In this document: positions 24,401 through 35,335 of the stretch, one piece after another
Layout of the letters: every line of letters begins with the position of its first letter
Position numbering within the stretch: the first letter of the stretch is position 1
Assembly: GCA_964252035.1 (NCBI GenBank)
Contig: OZ176202.1
Origin: Podarcis erhardii
Taxonomy: Eukaryota
Length of the DNA stretch: 64,000 nucleotides
Direction: 5' to 3' (one strand)
The notes under the pieces: model-generated
Databases searched by the model: none
Told to the model about the DNA's origin: nothing
Seen by the model: the letters and a program-made list of their open reading frames with translations, nothing else
Translations under genes and position numbers: made by a program

Positions 24401-26782
24401 GATGCCAGAATGCCATGTGTTCAAGGGAGAGAGCCTCTCCCTGTGACTTTTAAGAATCTGAAGTATTCTTAGCCTTACTGTGGAAGGATTTCTTTTTTCC
24501 TTCTTCTTCCTCATTGGAGTAGAGCATGCTTGCAGCCCTCACCAGGTAGCACTAAGTAAAGGGACTCATGAAAAAAGGTAGACAAAGAGAGGCTGAGTTG
24601 AAAACCATGGGTGTGAGCAATCATAGGCAAATGTTCAAGTCCCCAGGCATGTTTGGAAGGATGTATGGCCAGAATCGAAGGAAGCATGAAACTAGTTTCA
24701 TAAACCATTTTTCTCACACTACAACCCCCTGCACTGAATGGCAAAAATATTCTGGGTGCTTTCACACCTTTCAATGGCTTTGTATTTACAGTGTCCCAGG
24801 CAATTTTAGTTTTGTTTGGTTTGGGGGAGTGGAGCACCCACATGTTGGGGAGGGGGAAATCTGTCATTTCCATTTCTCTCCGTTTCTACTTTTTCCAACC
24901 TTAAATTCAATTCTTCGCATTTTGATATTGGTTTGCATTTATTTATTTTTAGTATGAACTTATTCTGATATACATATTTTGCATGCAAAGTTGCCTAATA
25001 CAGACATTTTGTGAGTAATATAATTCATTTTTGTATGCTGTTTTTGTTGGCGTGCAAGGCCCAGGGCTGTTCAGAAGAAGAAATAAACCTCTGCCAATTT
25101 CAAACACCTACTGGGTCATTTGACAAGCTTGCATTGAAGCAGACAAAGCAATTAAAGTCCTTGGAGTAAAATGGGATGCCCCTACAACTTCCTCTCTTCT
25201 CATGAACCTTGTGGAAACAAAGGCTAGCTACCTGTTCTTCTCCCATGCAACTGGAGGAATGACAGTGCCACCAGGAAGACGCTGGTGGGAGGATTGTGTA
25301 TTAAATCTTCAGTTTATTGTTGCCCAGGAGAAGAATCCTCACCGCCCAGTTGGGCTTCCATGTGAGTAGACTTAGTAGGATATAGGCTTGTGCTCTTAAA
25401 CACTTATCCCTCTTGGTCAGAATTGGGTAGAGTGGACATATGGATCCATTTGACAGTTAGGGATGTCAATGCATTTATTCAATGCAACCTGATTCCTATT
25501 CTCTCTCTTCCTGTATTTGCTTAACACACAAGTGCTTAATGCTGGCTGTATTGTGTTCATTCTTTGAAGTCTGCCCAGCATCAGAATAACAAAAAGATGT
25601 TTCAAAAACCTTACTCGGAACATTAACTGTTGACAAATAAAAATCATTTGAAGGCAGGCACATTTGCAGAAATTAAAATAAACCTTCTATTTTAACAAAT
25701 GTACATAAGGTCATAAGGACATGTGAAGAATATGTCTTCTCTCCAGTGCATTCAGATTGGACACAATCGAGCTCACCTCTGCCTCTTCTCCTCCTCTCAG
25801 CATTATGATAAAGCGTAGTCAATGAACTGTGAACCTCAGTTTAGAAATCCAGTGCTACCAAATGTGTACAAAACACTCTAGAGTGCTTTATTTTTATCTT
25901 GCAGAATAATCCACTGCATTATGTATCCCCCCTGCTGCTTATATAAGACAAGAACATTTCCATTACAAGCACTGGATTGTGCAGTTACCAATAGCATTTT
26001 ACAGTAATCGCCTGGTGAAGAAGGCATTTAGCCATGAGTAACACCTTAATGTTTCACTAAAATTATGTCAGGGAAAATATCACCCATATGGCAGCTTACA
26101 TCTGTAGCCTTGAACAAATAGCAGGCTTAAAAACATTTATAACAGCCTTCTGTGTTACTCAGGACAGCTCTGAAAAAGCAGAGAGATAATAAATAGCTGG
26201 GTGTAATAGGTGTAAAATGCCTGTGGCAACCAGCAGGTAACTCAACACTTTTGGCTCATTTTCTCTCATCCTTCTTCTCCCATTTTGTGTAAATGACAAA
26301 GTGTTCTCTTCTAAGGATCAATGCCTATATTATTTTATATCCCCTCTTCTGCTTCTTTTCTTTAAAAGCATGCCACAAAATGGCTGTATATATTTACATC
26401 TATTGCATTGTATCAAGCACCCCATAAGCAGAACTCTGCTTGGGCAACAGGACTTCCTCTTCCGCTCCTCTCCCCATTGCACACCCCTGAAATCTGCTCC
26501 CCCAAACCTTTGGAGCTGATTTTGAGAGTGTGAAGAAGGCTACAAGGAAGAGGAAGGGAAAGTTCCAGTCTGCAAGTAAAAACTTTTTATGCTAGTGGAA
26601 GATGAGCATTGGATACCACCCATAATGTCTGAATGTTTGGGCAGGTACACCTATCTGCTAGTGGGTGACTTTGGGGAGCTTTGCTGGAAGTAGGTTTGTA
26701 GCCTGATCATATAAACATTCAGTCACGAGTATGTCTAATTCAACACAATGGGACTTACTCCCTGTCAAGCATGCACAGGATT

Positions 26783-27030
26783 TAGGAATAGGGTATAAAT
26801 TATATTCAGTTCACATTTAAAAGCAAACCTACCTAATATGCAATTTCCAAAACAATATGCAGTTCATCAGTCAAATAAGCCAGGTTATCTGTACAAAATG
26901 CATATACTGGGGCTAAGAAAGTGTAAGATAGCTAATATTAGTGAAAATAATGTTCAAAAATTAATTATATTGGCTAAAATTGCATTAAAATGGGTACATT
27001 AGGAGAATCCTTTTAATTCATTGTGTGAAT
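26783..27030 (+). mobile_element. Old ~400-bp DNA-element family, partial copy
   Basis: TTCAGTTCACATTTAAAAGCAAACCTACCTAAT and GTACAAAATGCATATACT blocks. Confidence 0.65.
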
Positions 27031-27648
27031 GTAGCCTGAAACATGATGTAGCATTTTTCTGGGGTGGTAGTAGGGTATGGCTGTGCCCTGAAGGCCTCTC
27101 TGTCCCCTGAGGCACTGTGCAGAGGAAAATTCTGAAGGGCACTAGGAAATTGGTTTCTTATATTTTTATCCATCTTGACAACAACAACTTTATCATCAAC
27201 ATAATGTTAACTTGATGTATTAGTCATCCAATGCAAAAAAAGTGGTCTCTAGGCAACTTGCAAACTAAATAAAAAATACATTTTTTAATTAAAAGAAAAG
27301 CAGTACAACAACCTTGAGCATATTATATCAGCTACAGCAACAGTAAAAGCATCTGCAATATATGGGCTATCCGAACCTTCCAGAACTGATCAAGTACCTG
27401 GGAAAAGGTCAACCTTTTAGTGCAATGGTGAGGTAAAACATTTTTTAAATAAAGCTTGCAATCATTATATGCTAAAGTGGGATTAAGTGTTATGGAACTT
27501 GATGGAATTGTCTTCTGAGTGGACTTGTATAAGATTTCACTACAAAATAAATGAACATGTTTATGTCTGTTGCTCCATTTACTACAACGAATAGGGGAAC
27601 CCCGTGCCCATTCTGAATGTATCACAGCACATCAGGAGATCTTCATAA

Positions 27649-28122
27649 AATCATAGAATTGTAGAACTTGAAGGGACCCTGGGGGTCATCTAGTCCAAGC
27701 TTCTGCAATGCAGGAATCCCAACTAAAGCATCCATGACAGATGGTGGTCATCCAACCTCTGCTTAGACACGTCCAATGAAGAAGAGTCTACCACCTCCCA
27801 AGGGATTCTTTTCCACTGTCAAACAGCTCTTACTGTCAGAAAGTTCTTCCTGATGTTTAGTCAGAATCTCATTTCTTGTAAATTTAATCCATTGCTATGG
27901 GTCCCACCCTCAAGAGCAGAAGAAAACAAGCTAGCTCCATCTTCCAAGTGACAGCCTTTTAAATATTTGAAGCTGGCCTCTCAATCTCCTCTTTTCCAGG
28001 CTAAACATGCCCAGCTGCTTCAAGCGCTCCTCATGAGGCTTAGTTTCCAGAGCCTTGATCATCTTGGTTGCCCTCCTCTGTGCACATTTCAGCTTGTCAA
28101 TATCCTTCTTAAATTGTGGTGC
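27649..28122 (-). mobile_element. CR1 LINE 3' end
   Basis: Minus-strand [49 protein letters not shown], plus the CR1 terminal repeat (ATCATAGAAT on +). Confidence 0.93.
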
Positions 28123-28280
28123 TGTAAGTCCTGGAAAACCTGCTCCCTGATTTGCAGCCCCCCCACCCCCCACCCCCGCCGCCATCCTGGGAAGACAGGG
28201 CCCTTACTGACTCCAGCTACAAAAGCCGAGCTTGCTGAACAGACTCTGTGGCTCGGGTGTTGTTTGGGGAGTTTTTTTTT

Positions 28281-28284
<4 letters not shown>

Positions 28285-28314
<30 letters not shown>
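28285..28314. repeat. (GT)n microsatellite
   Basis: Read directly. Confidence 0.95.
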
Positions 28315-28317
<3 letters not shown>

Positions 28318-28489
28318 TTTTTGTATCTTTATTTTACATTATGATTTATGTGGAAATTGTTGAATTTGGTTGCATATTTTTTGATGTTTTAATTATTGTT
28401 TATGACTACTGTTGTTACATTGTAATTATGTATTTTTTCATGCTGTAACTTGCCTTGAGCATGAACTATGGAAAGGCGACATACAAATA

Positions 28490-28650
28490 AAATTATGTAT
28501 AAGAAGATGAGCCTGTATATTCTGTCATTCCCTTGTCCTGACACTGCAAAGGGAAATCACTGCAACACGAAATCAAGGGGAAATTATGTAGAAGAAGATG
28601 AGCCTGTATATTCTATCATTCCCTTGTCCTGACACTGCAAAGGGAAATCA
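28490..28650. repeat. Tandem duplication, 2 x 70 bp with a 21-bp spacer
   Basis: 28490-28559 versus 28581-28650, two mismatches. Confidence 0.93.
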
Positions 28651-29621
28651 ACAGCGCATGTAAAGGAAAGAATTTAGCACCTGAATTTGTGCTAAAGCCC
28701 ATATTATCTGGTCTCCTGAATATTCATGTAAAATTGGTGTAAGGCTTTACGTGGGTCATGTAAAATGGGTCTACACTTAAATAACATTCCCCACTGCAAT
28801 AATCCTGGGAAGTATAGCTTACCCTCACAGAACTGCACTTCACAGTACACTTTACAAACTACAGTTCCAAGGTTCTTTGGGGGAAGTCATGTGCTTTATG
28901 TATGCCTTAAATTTATGGGGTGTACACAGTCTTCATCCTTCTTTTGTCCTGCCAGATATTGATTTCATGATAAGCTTTATTAGAATTGAAACATTATGTA
29001 CTGGAGAAAAGGGCTGTATTGTGATGCTTGCTTTCCTGAATTTTCTCCAGAAGCAGGCTTCTACATTGAGAGATAAAAAAATACACCACCCACTTTATAC
29101 TCATTTTACTAGATGCTTAGGGTTCTCCCCACCTTGAGCTAATGAAGTGTTATGAGACAGCTTCACAGTCTCACATTCTGAGCGAGATGGAACTGTGCCC
29201 GCATTCTCAGGGGAAAAAATCCCTTTAAACACCTAAACTTGTTTAAAGAAAGTCTGAGGCTTCAGGCAACACGGTTGATAACTGATAATTCATTAAAATA
29301 TCAAGCAGTCAACCTGCAAGAGGGTGGGGGAAGAAAAAACTCATAGGCCACCTGGGATTGCTTGCACAATAAAACCACCGAGTTTTTCAGAAGCTACCAA
29401 ACGTTTACAGTAAGCTACAGATAGATTTTTCTAAAGCTCGTCTTCTTCTGTTTCTTTTGTGAGTACTTTTAAACTGTGATTCTGAGTTAGTGATTCAGTG
29501 ATAAAATGGGGAATGTTGTAAGATGCAACCATTTTGCTGCAAGGATGAAGGCCAGAAAAATTGCAAAATAAAATGGATGGTTCCTGAGTTGTATTGGAAA
29601 TGTGTTGCTCTCTTTTTATCA

Positions 29622-29647
29622 GTGTGTGTGTGTGTGTGTGTGTGTGT
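29622..29647. repeat. (GT)n microsatellite
   Basis: Read directly. Confidence 0.95.
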
Positions 29648-29668
29648 ATAAACACATGAAAAATAATA

Positions 29669-29910
29669 CAGTGGTACCTCTGGTTATGTACTTAATTCGT
29701 TCCAGAGGTCCGCCCTTAACCTGAAACTATTCTTAACCTGAAGCACCACTTTAGCTAATGGGGCCTCCCACTGCTGCCGCACCGCCGGAGCACAATTTCT
29801 GTTCTCATCCTGAAGCAAAGTTCTTAACCCGAGGTACTTTTTCTGGGTTAGCGGAGTCTGTAACCTGAAATGTATGTAACCTGAAGCATATGTAACCCGA
29901 GGCACCACTG
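29669..29910. mobile_element. Tc1/mariner (Tigger/pogo-like) MITE, 242 bp
   Basis: CAGTGGTACCTC..GAGGCACCACTG TIRs, TA on both sides, three subterminal GTAACC(T/C)GA repeats. Same family as 38615 and 41489. Confidence 0.93.
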
Positions 29911-29988
29911 TACTGTGAAATCTCCTCAGAAAATTTGGATAAGGCCTGCACAACTTGTAACTCACAAAGCTTAGTGGGTCATAACATG

Positions 29989-30227
29989 CATATGGTGAAA
30001 CCTCGGGTTGCGGACGTAATCTGTGACGGAGGCATGTCCACAACCCGCAGCGTTCGTAATCTGCAGCACTGTATCTGTGCATGCGCATGATGCAATTTGG
30101 CACTTCTGCGCATGCACGGGCGGTGAAACCCAGAAGTAACCCTTTCTGGTACTTCCAGGTTTCCCACGGTCCGCAACCTGAAAACACGTACTGTAACCCG
30201 AAGCATTTGTAACCCGAGGTACCACTG
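29989..30227. mobile_element. Tc1/mariner MITE, related family with a different interior
   Basis: Right TIR GTAACCCGAGGTACCACTG followed by TA; damaged left TIR (..AAACCTCGGGTT); CpG-rich interior with TGCGCATG motifs. Confidence 0.8.
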
Positions 30228-30606
30228 TACTGTAGGATACATCTATTTGCCGGTTCCTCTGCTATTATTTTTCCTGTCAAGAGAAGGCACTTCAACATAT
30301 ACCCCAGAGCATGTTTCATGACAAGAGTTCCTTTGTGTATGTGCAGAATTACTTTCTTTCACCACTCAGGGGATAATGGAGAAGGGCTTCCCAGAAAGAA
30401 GGTGTCAGAAAAAGCAGTTTTATCCTTGGCACCTCTTAATTAAGAAATTAAGCACTAACCACATCCATGATAGTAACCACCTGCACCCACCATACAACGG
30501 GAAGATACAACCATAAAACCAGAAGCCCCACAGGAATAGGCCTGGCCACTAACACTCAACATTTGCCCATTGGGCCTACAATAACATTTCATTCTTAAGC
30601 TTGAGA

Positions 30607-30800
30607 TCATAAGAAGAGCTATACTGGATCAGACCAAAGGTCTATCTGTCCAGCATTTTCTTTGCAACAGTCAGCAGTAATATGCGCCAGAGAAATCCAG
30701 AAGGAGGACATGAAGGCAAATACTATTCTGATGCATGCTGTCTCCCAAGCTGGAGGCAAAATATACCCATTGTAGCTAGTTGCCAGTGATGGTTCCATAA
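30607..30800 (-). mobile_element. Old CR1-type 3' end
   Basis: CATAAGAAGAGC..CTGGATCAGACCAAAGG..TCCAGCAT terminus, as at 40038. Confidence 0.6.
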
Positions 30801-33800
30801 TATAACACTAAGTATAGAGAGAACTATCATTGACTCAGTGGTTTGTTTTAGTGTGGCAAATGTGCCTTTTCTATTCTTCATAATGGGCTCCTTTTAATAC
30901 TCCCTGTCACTCAGAAAGTGTGATTCAGGAACTCTGTTGGCTTCAAATATATATAACAAGGCATCATGTACACGATTTTGGCTGCTGGAGATGACTGGTA
31001 TGGCATATAGGGCAGTACCTAGGTACTTTAAAAGACTTTTAAAATGTAAGAAAAATCAAATATAATGGAGTAAATAATCTTACTATTCAGCTAGTTCCAT
31101 ATTACTTTTATAACTACTGTTTCCAGTAAAGCTTTCATCACTAGTAGGAACCATACATATATAAAATATTAGTTGTTGGTGTTTTTTTAAAAAAATTGTA
31201 ATGCCATCATGCAGGCATCAAATATGAAGTAATGTAAGTCAAATGTCAAAACATTAAAAGCTATTGCATATTATTTTCCCAACACCGAGAGATGCTAAAC
31301 AGTATTTCACATCTCCTGTCAAATATGCTCAAACACTAGACATTGCTCCATTTCTTCTGTCACGCACAATACAAATTTTAAGAGACAAATATCATTAGAT
31401 GCTACATAGACATTCAATATTTGGCAAACATTTGGTGAATACTTAGAGAATACCCAACACTGCAAAATTTCAGAGAACAATTCAGATGGAAATTTTGGGG
31501 AGCAAATTCACTGCTGCTGTCATTTTGTTGATTAAAGTCAGGCCTGTTCTTGGTAGCCCTTTTTTTTCCCAAGGAGAAAAATCCATGTTTAATGGCTAAA
31601 CCTTATGGGAAAAATTGTGTTTGTGATTGAACCATATTGACTTTATCAGCATGATTTTTTTTTTTAAAAAAAAACCCCACTAAAATGCCTATCTCAACAG
31701 TTGTTTCTTACATGTGAAAAGAGCATTATGCAATTACGTGGGTGTAGAGTCGGACTCCACTCCTGGCCTTACCTATGTTGTCAACCATGTTGTCTGACCC
31801 CACCTCCAAATGGCCACACACATTAGCATGGCTGTCTGCAGTGAAGAAGTGTATGTGTGAGAATGTGCTGGCACGTATGTTTCATGTGATCTTGACACAC
31901 ATGGAATTCTAGCCTTCCGATGGTGCAAAACCCTACTTGTGAGCAGTTGCTTGTGTATTGAGTTATACATTGCAGAAAACCAGGCTAACAAGTGGATCTC
32001 TGGAGGCAGGGACAGGCAAAATACCTTGTTATTCAGGAATCACATGGTGCACCCTTTGATGCAAGTAACATATGAGTGGCGCTCTTTGAATACTTTTGAC
32101 ATTGCACACCATAACAAAACAGATTATTTTTTTGTGAGAAGTTCATTAAAAGAAACTGTTCTAAAGTTTAGTTTACATCAATTAAAGCTTTGGTGCAAAT
32201 TCTTACAGCTAAGTTCAAACCCATGAAGAATGGCTTTTATAATGGAAAAACTGATGCTGCCTTAACTATAGTATAGCCAGCAGGCCCGTTTCATAACGAA
32301 TAGGCAGATGCATTTCAATTTACAAAAGATTAAAACACACACAAAGCAATATTTAAATAGCTGTTCAGACAACAACATGGCAGGCTAAACCAGATTGCGC
32401 CATAAATTTCTATGGGGTGGGGAAAGAGAATTAAACACATTCATCTGGATGACTTTCTATACTAATACTTTGGCAACATGAGTCATCATTCAAATCCCTG
32501 ATTTATGCAGTGAATTGTGTCGTTCATGATGTAGTCCCCATGTGTGAATAGCATTTCATATAACACATAGACTGGCTCATGAGACATAGAAGACGGTAAA
32601 TCAGCAACACTGTTCAAAACTGTGTTATTCATGTCTGGTACTTAACAGACCACATGTAAGAACACAAGATGCAAGCTTAATTTATTTGAAAGTTCAGTTT
32701 GCTTCCTTCAAGTGTACCCAGCTTTTTCTATGATTCCTCACCAACTTCACTGAAAACCATCAATGGGATAACCTTTTAATATTTGTGTCCTTAAAATAGT
32801 ATAAGCAATCAACACCATTATATAAACAGAAGACTAATTTTCCCTATGTTATACCACAACCTGTTAATTTCAGTGGGTGAAATCCAATGCTGCCATATTG
32901 TTTGCAAAATGGCCCGAGATACAGCAGAGATGTAAGAGAAGGGGTAATTTTACTTTAGTTTATTTGCTGGATTTTGCCTTCCCACTTCAGTCTCCTCACT
33001 CCCATGCCACCTAAAACCTGTTCTAGAAGGTTGAGAGACCCTCAAGGAAAGCATGGAAGGTGGTGTAGGGGCTGTAGGAGGAAGTGGAGGAAATCACCCA
33101 CCTTTCCCTCCTTAGCAGATGCCACCACTGGATTAAAAGCCATTCTGCAAGCAGAACGACATCACTGAATTTCAGCCACTACAAAAACATTAAAATAGGT
33201 CAAATTTGTTGAGATAAGGTGCCTCTTAATTCTAAAAGTACATATACTCTATGAATAAAAGTGAGATATGCCAATGGAAAGTGTCTCTATTGTGCAAGTA
33301 TGGGTATGACCTCAGCCCATGACCTTTATCTTATTGTTGGTTAAGAAATGGAAAGTTAAACAGCTGTGCCTTGAAAATTTAAGTCAACGGCCTTGCAAAT
33401 ATTTACATACGTAATTAACCTTCACTCCCAAGCAGCCCTGGGGCAATCCCATAGACTTGGGTCATAGAAGGATATTGTTAGCCTAAGATGATCTGAGTGA
33501 AAGATCCAGTCAGCCAAATGTAATTTATGCATCTCCCCACCACCACCAGAAAAAAATATCAAGTTCATAACTCAAAAACAATCAAAGACTTAAGATCTTT
33601 ATAACTTCAATAGAGCTATTGGGATCATTAGGATTTTTCTCCATCTGGATTTAGAACCTTCTAATGTTTGCCACAGTTTTACAACTGTGTAAACAAAGAC
33701 TCCTTTGCCAATGATACCCTGGACAGCTCTATGTAGGCTGGAGACTCATAAGAGCAGAACTCAAATATTGCTTCAGTAGCAGTCCTCTTCTGACTCAGTC

Positions 33801-33980
33801 TTAAATAGGAGCTGCAGCTTGAAATAGGAGCTGTCAACTTTTGTAACAATATAATAAGACAGCTAGAGGTGTTAGTATAATGTTTGTCACATCAGCCTGT
33901 GATTCAAGACAACTCTTCCCCCTTTCAATAATTTGAGATTAAAAATAATACTGAGCATCAGTAGTACCATACCTCTAGAG

Positions 33981-34104
33981 CAAGGTTAATCAACATGGTG
34001 TCCTACAGAAGTTGTTGGACTGCAACTCCAATTTGCCATGCTGGCTGGGGCTGATGGGAGCTGAGATTCAACAACATCTGGGAGGCCACAGGTTCTCCAC
34101 CCTG
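33981..34104. mobile_element. hAT-type palindromic MITE (degenerate)
   Basis: GTTGTTGGACTGCAACTCC / GGGAGCTG..TCAACAACATCTGG arms, preceded by CTCTAGAG (hAT-Charlie-type target). Confidence 0.65.
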
Positions 34105-34280
34105 GCTGTAAAGCAAATACTTTATAGTATGAGCTGGCTTCTCCTTTAAAACATAATGAGTTTCTGCCTAAAGTAGTCTGTTTATCATCACTACATACAA
34201 TGCATACAATACATTTCCAGTGATCTATTTGCTAGTTCATTTCCTTTGTAGTCATTGGGTGCAAAAACTGTCCATGGGCT

Positions 34281-34528
34281 TGAAGAAGAAGAGTTTGGAA
34301 TTGATATCCCACCTTTCACTCCCCTTCAGGAGTCTCAAAGCGGCTAACATTCTCCTTTCCCTTCCTCCCCCACAACAAACACTCTGTGAGGTGAGTGGGG
34401 CTGAGAGACTTCAAAGAAGTGTGACTGACCCAAGGTCACCCAGCAGCTGCATGTGGAGGAGCGGAGTCACGAACCCAGTTTACCAGATTACGAGACTTCC
34501 GCTCTTAACCACTACACCACACTGGCTC
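34281..34528 (-). mobile_element. tRNA-derived CORE-type SINE (MIR-like squamate family)
   Basis: Head CTTAACCACTACACCACACTGGCTC, CORE block GTGAGGTGAGTGGGGCTGAGAGA..CCAAGGTCACCCAGC, and GAAGAAGAAGAG tail. Confidence 0.85.
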
Positions 34529-34839
34529 TATTGAGTCTATAGTACTACATTCTTGTTTCAGCATGCATTCTGTCAGGGATGGGGAACCTGTGTCTCCCCA
34601 GATGTTCCTGAACTACCACTCTCATCAGCCACAGGTAGCGTTGCCTTATTTCAAAAAGTGAAAATCCAGACACAAAAGCTGTTGAGCTTTTTGCTTTTCT
34701 TTTTTTGTGTGGCCAAAGTTGTTCAAATTTATTTGTTTTGCTTTGTTTTGGCTAAAGTTCTTGAGCTTTTCTTCTTCGCTTTTTAGCTGTTTTTTTTTTA
34801 TTATTAAGGAAATTGGTCAAAAAATCAACACTTCCAATA

Positions 34840-34954
34840 TGGACTGCCATACCCCAGGATTTTCCTGGACATTTTAACCGAATTCTGAAAATTCTGCCCT
34901 GATGCTATTTTTGGCAGATGCATCTTGGTAATGTCTGGATGTATGGCAGCCCTA
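34840..34954. mobile_element. Palindromic MITE (GGGCTGCCATAC-type ends)
   Basis: GGACTGCCATAC...GTATGGCAGCCCTA inverted ends. Confidence 0.6.
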
Positions 34955-35104
34955 ACCACAAGCCAACATAATCAATGGTCAGGAAGATGTGAGTTACAGT
35001 TTACATGCTACCTGGACAGCCACCAGTTCCCCATCCATGGTCTAAGTAGTGTGGAATAGTGTATGCTCTGCTTTGTTCTAAAGACTTGGGGGACTTGGAG
35101 CTGG

Positions 35105-35335
35105 GCTATGATGAGGTCAAAAGCCTTCTTCAGGTCTGTGAGTGTGATGTACAGGGGCCATCTCTGCTCTCTGCATTTCTCCTGCACCTGATACAGTGAG
35201 CAAATGATGTCAGTTGTTGACCTCTGAGTTCTAAAGCCCCATTGTGACTTGGGATAGACCCTGTCAAAGAGTGGCTGTAAAGTAACATGCAAAGGTATTT
35301 CCTAGGCTGCAATCCTTGCTACCTTTCCCTTTATC
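35105..35335 (-). mobile_element. RTE-clade (non-BovB) LINE reverse-transcriptase fragment
   Basis: Translates GKVARI..VYPKSQWGFRTQRSTTDIICSLYQVQEKCREQRWPLYITLTDLKKAFDLI, i.e. the RT 'Q-GFR...D..KAFD' motifs. Confidence 0.88.

Noticed and set aside
25148-25180. IKVLGVKWD peptide resembling a BEL/Pao pol motif
   Set aside because: Isolated nine-residue match with an upstream stop and no other pol motifs nearby; likely chance.
29684-30319. Longest ORF in the track (211 aa, minus strand)
   Set aside because: It runs through two adjacent MITEs, starts at a non-ATG codon and has no domain resemblance; it is not a transposase.
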